From: Flavobacteriales bacterium
GTDB lineage: Bacteria > Bacteroidota > Bacteroidia > Flavobacteriales > BACL11
Direction: 5' to 3'
Assembly: GCA_002697505.1 (NCBI GenBank)
Contig: NZWA01000041.1
Location: 11,186-75,185, forward strand
Length of the DNA: 64,000 nt
The position numbers were made by a program, and so were the translations under genes. Numbering within the stretch: position 1 is the stretch's first letter; each line of letters starts with the position of its first letter. The notes under the pieces are model-generated. The model was not told the DNA's origin. It ran no database searches and was given only the letters and a program-made list of their open reading frames with translations. This document shows, in pieces, positions 1 to 6,856 of the stretch.

Positions 1-597
1 AATTTAAAAGCTTCTGATAAAAAAAATATTTCTAGACTTATTGCTTACATGCATACTTACAGATTTTTACATCAAATATCAAACTATGCATCTCAAGATA
101 ATAGAGAACTTTTCGAAAGTAGTTTTGTAAGATATACTCATGATAAGCCAGACTTGACACAAGAAGAAGTAGACCAGTATATTGTTCTGTCCGCAGAGGT
201 GGTGATAGCTTCAAATATTCAAGTTAGAGTAGAAAGACTTCAAGAGCTTCTAGATCAAGCTGCCGAAGAAACTGAAGGTAAAAGAATGGCCATGAGTTTA
301 GTTGAGTCTATCAACACAGCGCAAACAGAATATAATCAGTGTGTCAACAGACAAACAAAGCTTCTGAATGAGCTGAAAGAAAAAAGAAGCCAAAGACTTA
401 GTAAGCAGATTAAAGAAAACGCATCCATACTCAACTTAGTAGAAATGTGGAAGGACGAAGAATCTCGCCATAAGATGATTAAACTGGCCGAAATCAGAAA
501 GAAAGCTTTAGAGGAAGAAGTCGAAAGACTTTCTACCATGGACGAAATTAAATGTAGGATTATGGGCCTAACAGAAGAGGAGGTCTTGAATGGTTAA
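1..597 (+). CDS. Coiled-coil protein, 5' end probably outside the window. Possible small terminase subunit, by position only.
   Basis: The ORF track starts at M49, but the same frame is open back to nt 1 (NLKASDKKNISRLIAY-M...). The C-terminal half is charged and coiled-coil-like. It lies two genes upstream of the large terminase. Confidence 0.45.
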   Translation, partial: NLKASDKKNISRLIAYMHTYRFLHQISNYASQDNRELFESSFVRYTHDKPDLTQEEVDQYIVLSAEVVIASNIQVRVERLQELLDQAAEETEGKRMAMSLVESINTAQTEYNQCVNRQTKLLNELKEKRSQRLSKQIKENASILNLVEMWKDEESRHKMIKLAEIRKKALEEEVERLSTMDEIKCRIMGLTEEEVLNG

Positions 598-1528
598 GTG
601 CGAGGAATGCGGCAAAGAATTTCCATCTGAGAGAAGTCTTCACGCTCATTTAAAAAGCCATAAGCTAAAAATAAAAGATTATTACTATAAGTATTTTCCG
701 CGTAGAGACAAGTATAATAACGAGCTAATAAAGTTTGTTAATAAAGAGAGTTATTTTGCTACTGATTTTAATAATAAAAATAATTTAAAAAAATGGATGT
801 CTCACGTAGAACCTCCTGTAGCAAAAGAATATTTTAAGAATTTTCTCATAGGTAGAAAAGAGAAAAAAGATTTAGAGTTTGCGCCTTGTCAAGTAGAGCT
901 TAGGTCTTTAATGAGTCCATCTGTAGCTTACTATCAAAAAGTTTTTGGTGACTACAATAAAATTTGCGAAGAAGTAGGGCTTTCTACGAAATACAAAACA
1001 ATATCAGAACCTTTAGGTTACTATCCAGAAAAATATAAAAATGAAAAAATTTATATAGATACAAGAGAGCAGCAGCCTTTAGATATCATAGGGGTCAATA
1101 CAGAAGTGAAAGGTTTAAAGTATGGAGACTATGCCCTAAGCAATAAAGAATTAGCTTGTAATTGTTACATAGAAAGAAAGTCCATACAAGATTTAATAGG
1201 TACTCTAAGTGGAGGATACGAAAGGTTTTGTAATGAAATAGAAAGGGCCGAATCAGAAAATGCTAATCTTATAGTTTTAATCGAGAACGATTATAATTCA
1301 AGCTTAATGTTTCACAAGATGAAGAGGACTTACAAGAAAAATGTAAGGACTAATCCCCAGCACATATTTCATAATATCAGAACTTTGATACAAGAATATC
1401 CAAACATTCAATTTTTATTTGTTAAAGATAGAATAGAATCAGAAAGAGTTATGAAAAGAATATTTTTTAGCAACTGCGAGTACAAAGATGTAGACCTGCA
1501 GTATGCTTACGATTTGAAATTGTTATGA
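590..1528 (+). CDS. C2H2 zinc-finger / ERCC4 (XPF-Mus81-type) nuclease fusion
   Basis: The N-terminus CEECGKEFPSERSLHAHLKSH fits C-x2-C-x3-F-x5-L-x2-H-x3-H exactly. The C-terminal part has the ERCC4 nuclease signature: IYIDTREQQP ... YGDYAL ... YIERKSIQDLIGTL. Confidence 0.7.
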   Translation: MVKCEECGKEFPSERSLHAHLKSHKLKIKDYYYKYFPRRDKYNNELIKFVNKESYFATDFNNKNNLKKWMSHVEPPVAKEYFKNFLIGRKEKKDLEFAPCQVELRSLMSPSVAYYQKVFGDYNKICEEVGLSTKYKTISEPLGYYPEKYKNEKIYIDTREQQPLDIIGVNTEVKGLKYGDYALSNKELACNCYIERKSIQDLIGTLSGGYERFCNEIERAESENANLIVLIENDYNSSLMFHKMKRTYKKNVRTNPQHIFHNIRTLIQEYPNIQFLFVKDRIESERVMKRIFFSNCEYKDVDLQYAYDLKLL

Positions 1529-1605
1529 GAGGTAAAATTGAGCTAACTTATGAGCAAGCTTTGATTCTTTTATTCTTAATTATTCTTATAGCTTATTTAG
1601 ACTAA
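1525..1605 (+). CDS. Possible 26-aa hydrophobic micro-protein (MRGKIELTYEQALILLFLIILIAYLD)
   Basis: Its ATG overlaps the upstream stop (ATGA). Its stop lies 1 nt before the terL ATG, so it exactly fills an otherwise unexplained 78-nt gap. It has one TM-like segment and is too short for the ORF track. Confidence 0.3.
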   Translation: MRGKIELTYEQALILLFLIILIAYLD

Positions 1606-1606
1606 G

Positions 1607-3430
1607 ATGTGGTACGTGCATGAAAAATATAAAAGAGAAGTAACGGACACAAATCTGGAGCTTTTGGATTTAAAAGGCGAGCTAGATTCTAAACAAGCTA
1701 AGATATCTCTTGCTAAGTTTTTAAGAGCAAACTTGGGTTTTACTGTAGAGTTAATCTCAGGAATAAAACTTGCGCCGTTTCAAGAAGTTACTCTCAAAGG
1801 TTTCTTTAATAGGAACTTTAATATGTGTGTCTGGGGGCGCGGATGCGGTAAGACTTTTATCGCATCCGTGTACTGTTTTTTACAATGCATCTTCGAGCCG
1901 AATACAAAAATCCTTATAGCTGGCCCGACATTTCGTACTGCTAGATTTATATTTCAAAACCTTGAAAAGATAGTAGAGACTAAGGGCGCAGAGCTGCTAG
2001 CTCAAGCTTTCGGGGCTAAATCTAAACGTAACGATCAGTTCGAATGGAGGATAAACGGCGGAAGCATCACAGCGATTCCTTTGAGCGGCGAAAAGATTCG
2101 TGGTTTCCGTGCGAACATTCTTGTACTTGACGAGTACCTGCTATTACCAGAAGAGACTATTAAAACAGTTCTTATGCCGTTCTTGGTTGCACCGCAAGAC
2201 ATGGCAGAAAGAATTAGAGTTAGAGAAATAGAAGACTCTTTAATCAAGAACGGTAAGATGGAAGAAAAAGATAGGATGGTGTTTGAAAACAAATCAAAAA
2301 TGATAGCGCTATCTTCTGCAAGCTACAGTTTCGAGAATCTTTATAAAACATACAAAGAGTGGATGGGTAATATCTACTCCGATGATATGCTTGATTCTAA
2401 ATATTTTATATCTCAAATGGGGTTTGACTCTGTTCCAGAAGATATGATTGATAAAACTGTTATTGAAGAAGCTCAATCAGGAGGTAGTTCTAACTCTTCT
2501 TTCCAAAGAGAATATAGAGCGCAATTTACAGACGGAAGTGATAGTTATTTTAGCGCAAAAAAGATGCACGAGTGCACTGTGCCGGACGGAGAAGCCCCGC
2601 ACACTTTAATTGCTGGCAATCCAGAAAAAGAGTACATACTTGGTATAGACCCTAGTTTTAGTAATAGCCCTAGCTCTGATTATTTTGCGATGTCGCTTAT
2701 TGAGTTAGATGAAGACTCTTATACTTTAGTTCATTCATACGCTGTCGCAGGAGGCGATCTAAAAAATCATATCAAATATCTTTTTTACTTATATAAAAAT
2801 TTTAATATCAAGATGATAATTATTGATAATGCTGGATATCAATTTATCGATAGTGCTAATGAGTCTGAAATATTTAGAGAAGCTGGGTTAGAGATTAAGT
2901 TTTTTGACTTTAATACAGAAAAACAAGGCGTGGCTTACGATCAAGAACTTAAAAAAGTTAAAAGAACTTACAGCCCCAAAGACAACGTAGTTTGTTTTAA
3001 GCAAGTGTTTAGTTCTGATTTTTTAAGAAACGCTAATGAATACTTACAATCTTGCATAGATCATAAGAAAATATTTTTTGCTTCTAGAACTGCTGCATCG
3101 GGAAGCTTCTTCTCAAGGTTGTCATCCACTAAGATACCGCTAAAGCTAACTCACTTTAACGATATAGGAGAAATGATAGAAACTCAGGATGACTTGATCT
3201 ATCAAACTAAGAAACAATGCGCGCTAATTGAAGTTAAGTCTACCGCAAAAGGTACGCAAAGTTTTGACCTGCCACAACATCTTCGTAGGAGCAACTCTGC
3301 CAATCGCGCAAGAAAAGATAATTACACAACATTAATGTTAGGCAATTGGGCAGTGAAAGCATATAATGATATGAGGAATGTAAAAGTTGAAGAAGTTAAC
3401 GCGACTTTTGTTCCAAGAATGATTGATTAA
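1607..3430 (+). CDS. terL: Terminase large subunit
   Basis: 607 aa. Walker A-like GRGCGKT and Walker B-like ILVLDEY are present. A C-terminal nuclease-sized domain follows. The gene lies directly upstream of the portal candidate. Confidence 0.85.
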   Translation: MWYVHEKYKREVTDTNLELLDLKGELDSKQAKISLAKFLRANLGFTVELISGIKLAPFQEVTLKGFFNRNFNMCVWGRGCGKTFIASVYCFLQCIFEPNTKILIAGPTFRTARFIFQNLEKIVETKGAELLAQAFGAKSKRNDQFEWRINGGSITAIPLSGEKIRGFRANILVLDEYLLLPEETIKTVLMPFLVAPQDMAERIRVREIEDSLIKNGKMEEKDRMVFENKSKMIALSSASYSFENLYKTYKEWMGNIYSDDMLDSKYFISQMGFDSVPEDMIDKTVIEEAQSGGSSNSSFQREYRAQFTDGSDSYFSAKKMHECTVPDGEAPHTLIAGNPEKEYILGIDPSFSNSPSSDYFAMSLIELDEDSYTLVHSYAVAGGDLKNHIKYLFYLYKNFNIKMIIIDNAGYQFIDSANESEIFREAGLEIKFFDFNTEKQGVAYDQELKKVKRTYSPKDNVVCFKQVFSSDFLRNANEYLQSCIDHKKIFFASRTAASGSFFSRLSSTKIPLKLTHFNDIGEMIETQDDLIYQTKKQCALIEVKSTAKGTQSFDLPQHLRRSNSANRARKDNYTTLMLGNWAVKAYNDMRNVKVEEVNATFVPRMID

Positions 3431-3437
3431 GTGTAAT
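3430..3437 (+). promoter_or_regulatory. AGTGTAAT motif upstream of the portal gene
   Basis: Exact 8-mer, 11 nt before the ATG at 3449, in the short terL-portal gap. Confidence 0.45.
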
Positions 3438-3448
3438 TTAAAGTTAAA

Positions 3449-5377
3449 ATGGCAGTTAAGAGAAAAGCTAAGAACGAAAACACCGCTAACGAACCACTAA
3501 TGGCTGGCGGAGATTTGATTGAGACTGTCGCTTCTACTAGATCGCGGCGCAACAAGGCTGGATCTATTGAACGGACCGATAGATATAGAAACATTGATGA
3601 TGGCATAATCCCGTTCAGGTACTCCCAAGGAGTAACAAATAATTCTAGCCTAGATATTAGAGACACTATAGTTTTGTGTCAGAAAGCTTACTATAATTTT
3701 TCTGTTTTTAGAAATACTATCGATCTAATGACAGAGTTCTCTATGAGCGACATCTATTTTACTGGAGGGAGTAAAAAAGCAAAAGATTTTTTTGATGCTC
3801 TTTTAAAAAAAATAAATATTAATAATTTACAAAGTAAGTTCTTTAGAGAGTATTACAGATCTGGTAATGTTTTCATCCATAGATTTGATGCAAATGTTAC
3901 TCAGTCGGACGTAACTAGAATGACTCAAACTTTTGGGCTCACTTCGAACGCATCTTTTACAATACCTGCTAGATACATAATTTTAAACCCTGCTGATATA
4001 CAGATTTCAGGTAATATAACTTTTGCAACCGGAGAGTTCAGAAAGATACTTTCGGACTATGAATTAGAAAGACTTCGCAACCCAAAAACAGAAGAAGATA
4101 GACAAGTATTAGAAAGTCTAGACCCAGAAGCCATAAAACAGATTAAAGGCCAAGGGGGCAGAAAGCCCGGATATAATGCGGTATCTATTCGCCTACCTAT
4201 GGACAAAATGACCGCTGTTTTTTACAAGAAGCAAGACTATGAACCTTTCGCGGTACCGATGGGCTATCCTGTTTTAGAGGACATTAACTGGAAACAGGAA
4301 ATGAAGAAGATGGATATGGCTCTAACTAGAACCACGAATCAATCTATTCTTCTCGTTACTATGGGGACAGAGCCTGAAAAAGGCGGAGTGAATCAAAAGA
4401 ATCTTCTGGCTATGCAGAAGCTATTTGAAAATGAGTCTGTAGGACGTGTTCTTATTTCTGATTATACAACTCAAGCAAAATTTGTTATTCCTGATATCGC
4501 TGGTATTCTTGATCCTAAAAAATATGAAGTATGTAATCATGACATACAAATGGGGTTAAACAACATTCTGTTAAGTGATGAGAAGTTTGCTAACTCTAGC
4601 ATCAAAGTGCAGGTGTTTATGGAAAGACTTAACGAAGGTAGAAAAGTTTTTATCCATGACTTCCTAATGCCGGAGATAAAAAGAATCTCTAAGGAGATGG
4701 GCTTCAAAAACTATCCTACTCCTAACTTCGAAGACTTAGATCTAAGAGATAATTCTGTTTACGCAAGAGTTTATAGCAGGTTAATTGAACTAGGAGTACT
4801 AACACCAGAAGAAGGTATACAAGCCATCGAATCTGGACGTATGCCAACTATGGAAGAATCTGTGGAATCTCAGCAAAAATTCAGAGTGTTAAAAGACGAC
4901 GGATTGTACGAGCCAGTCTTAGGTAATAAACCTCCAAAAGAATTACCAAAAGATAAAGCTAAACCAGTGCCTCAACCCAAAGGCAGACCTGAAGGCACTG
5001 GCAGGCCAAAAGAAACAGACACTAAAAACCCTATTGGGTTAACTGCAAACAAACAAACTAGATTTAGTTTAAGTAAGGTAAGAGATAATTTAAATTTAGC
5101 GGACAAACTTAATTTAGAAGTTGAAGCTTCACTTAGACAGCTACATAATCGCAAAAGATTAAATAAAGGTCAAAAAGAAATAGCTCAACAAATTTCTAAC
5201 ATTGTTATACATAATGAGGACCCAGAAAACTGGTTAGCTAAAGCTGGTAGATACGCTGCTGAACCGATAGATAGAAATGAGGAAAGAGTAAAAGAAATAC
5301 AGTCTATTGCTTACGAGCATCAAGTAGATGATTTTCTAGCTGGTATACTTTATTGCAGTAAGTATGATGGAGACTAA
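3449..5377 (+). CDS. Portal protein (candidate)
   Basis: 642 aa, immediately after terL, with portal-typical size and position. No motif-level proof. Confidence 0.65.
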   Translation: MAVKRKAKNENTANEPLMAGGDLIETVASTRSRRNKAGSIERTDRYRNIDDGIIPFRYSQGVTNNSSLDIRDTIVLCQKAYYNFSVFRNTIDLMTEFSMSDIYFTGGSKKAKDFFDALLKKININNLQSKFFREYYRSGNVFIHRFDANVTQSDVTRMTQTFGLTSNASFTIPARYIILNPADIQISGNITFATGEFRKILSDYELERLRNPKTEEDRQVLESLDPEAIKQIKGQGGRKPGYNAVSIRLPMDKMTAVFYKKQDYEPFAVPMGYPVLEDINWKQEMKKMDMALTRTTNQSILLVTMGTEPEKGGVNQKNLLAMQKLFENESVGRVLISDYTTQAKFVIPDIAGILDPKKYEVCNHDIQMGLNNILLSDEKFANSSIKVQVFMERLNEGRKVFIHDFLMPEIKRISKEMGFKNYPTPNFEDLDLRDNSVYARVYSRLIELGVLTPEEGIQAIESGRMPTMEESVESQQKFRVLKDDGLYEPVLGNKPPKELPKDKAKPVPQPKGRPEGTGRPKETDTKNPIGLTANKQTRFSLSKVRDNLNLADKLNLEVEASLRQLHNRKRLNKGQKEIAQQISNIVIHNEDPENWLAKAGRYAAEPIDRNEERVKEIQSIAYEHQVDDFLAGILYCSKYDGD

Positions 5378-6828
5378 TGTCAAGGATAATTTACAACGCG
5401 GAAGGTCTTTTTGTAGGACCATCGGGTTCTAACTTCCTAGATTATGTAGGAGGAGAACCTCACGACAGTTACGCTAATCCTTTAACCACTCACAACTTAA
5501 TAAAACAGATAGACAGAGTGCAAGCTTTGTCGTATGACATATCTGTTCCTCATACTCAAGTTACGCAATTTAATACTAGGTCTGTTGTAAGTAGGCCTAT
5601 AATAAATGCGCCTGAAGTAAGTTTTTCTTTTTCGTATCTTGTTTCAGATGTATCTAACGAAGCTAAGATGGGGCTATATGTAAACTACGCACAGTTTGAA
5701 GAGCCCTACTCAGGCTCACCTTTCTTTTCTAACAATACTGGGCAAAGTCTGATATCAGGGTTTGCGGCAGAAGACGAAACTAATAAACAACATTATCAAG
5801 AGGGGACCTCTGACCCTTATTTTCCAAATCAATCTTTTAGAGACAAAAAAAATTACTACCTTGCAGTCAGGTCAGATAAAGAAGATTTATATACTGGAAC
5901 TAATTTAGAGGACTTGACGAAAAGAGATAATCAAGACTTTGTAGACACTGATGCGCCAAATCATAATTTAATATCTTTTGGTCGCTGCTATATGAACTCA
6001 TATTCCACAGAAGCTTCTGTGGGAGATTTTCCACTAGCGAATGTTTCTTTTGTAGCTGAGAATGTTATGTTTGAAACTAGCGGTAGCGGTTTTTTAAGCC
6101 CTATGATAGAACCTAAAAGTGGCAATCAATTTAACAATTTAAATTCTGTCTTGCCCAAAAGGCAAAGCAGAAACCCTATATCTGTTGTCCGACCGGGAGA
6201 TATAAATTTTACTACTGATTCTTTTTCTGGGCTGGGCGTTGATTTTGCTAATCTACATTTAGAATCTTATGTTATATCATTCGATATACCTAGGGGGGCA
6301 GAAGCTAATTTAGGGCACAAGTTTCCTATTAGCAGAAAAGTAAATTTTCCCGTGCCTGTTCAACTAAGCATCAATGGAATCGTTGAGAACATGAGTTCGG
6401 GATCTTTAATAGATTTAGTTAATCTAAACCAAGATTATGATTTCTCTATAACTTTAAGTATGCCTAGAAATTGTGACACTCCATCTACTGGAGAGCCGAT
6501 ACAGGCAGGTAGCACTACATTTGAAAACAGAGATGACCCTTTAATCAAATATTCTTTTAATAAGGCCAAGCTAGACGCTTTTAATTACGACACGGCTATT
6601 GGTGATAATAAAAATTTCTCAGCTTCTTTTAGCACAGAGCTAGACCCAGATGATTTAACCAGAGGGTTTTTTATTAGCGGGCTTTTAGGGGACAGAAAAC
6701 TAGAAGACTTTCACCTACTAGAGACAACTGATGCCATGGACGGCGGCACAGGAGACTTTGAAAGGTTCCATTTAGAACTAGAAGAATCTAATGGATTGTT
6801 GGTAGACAACTACATACCATTGTACTAA
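5377..6828 (+). CDS. Structural protein, full-length paralogue of the tail-tube candidate at 44295-45536
   Basis: The N-termini align (IIYNAEGLFVGP...VQALSYDISVPHTQVTQFN vs VIYQSEALFVGQ...VQSANYAFSVARTDVNQFG). Central and C-terminal blocks also align (SYSTEASVGDFP vs SYSSEASVGGFP; NFPVPVQLSINGIV vs DFPVNVSLSLDAIM). Confidence 0.6.
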   Translation: MSRIIYNAEGLFVGPSGSNFLDYVGGEPHDSYANPLTTHNLIKQIDRVQALSYDISVPHTQVTQFNTRSVVSRPIINAPEVSFSFSYLVSDVSNEAKMGLYVNYAQFEEPYSGSPFFSNNTGQSLISGFAAEDETNKQHYQEGTSDPYFPNQSFRDKKNYYLAVRSDKEDLYTGTNLEDLTKRDNQDFVDTDAPNHNLISFGRCYMNSYSTEASVGDFPLANVSFVAENVMFETSGSGFLSPMIEPKSGNQFNNLNSVLPKRQSRNPISVVRPGDINFTTDSFSGLGVDFANLHLESYVISFDIPRGAEANLGHKFPISRKVNFPVPVQLSINGIVENMSSGSLIDLVNLNQDYDFSITLSMPRNCDTPSTGEPIQAGSTTFENRDDPLIKYSFNKAKLDAFNYDTAIGDNKNFSASFSTELDPDDLTRGFFISGLLGDRKLEDFHLLETTDAMDGGTGDFERFHLELEESNGLLVDNYIPLY

Positions 6829-6830
6829 AA

Positions 6831-6840
6831 AGTGTATAAT
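6831..6840 (+). promoter_or_regulatory. AGTGTATAAT variant of the recurrent motif
   Basis: Lies in the 28-nt gap before the fibre gene. An AAGGA Shine-Dalgarno-like sequence and the ATG at 6857 follow. Confidence 0.4.
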
Positions 6841-6856
6841 AATATAGGAATAAGGA

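Noticed and set aside
1529-1606. A possible tRNA or small RNA in the nuclease-terL gap and in the other gaps (10911-11047, 15871-15978, 44231-44294 and 45773-45856).
   Set aside because: I could fold no cloverleaf-compatible stems or conserved T-loop (GTTCRANYC) sequences. Terminators, promoter-like motifs or the micro-ORF account for these gaps.
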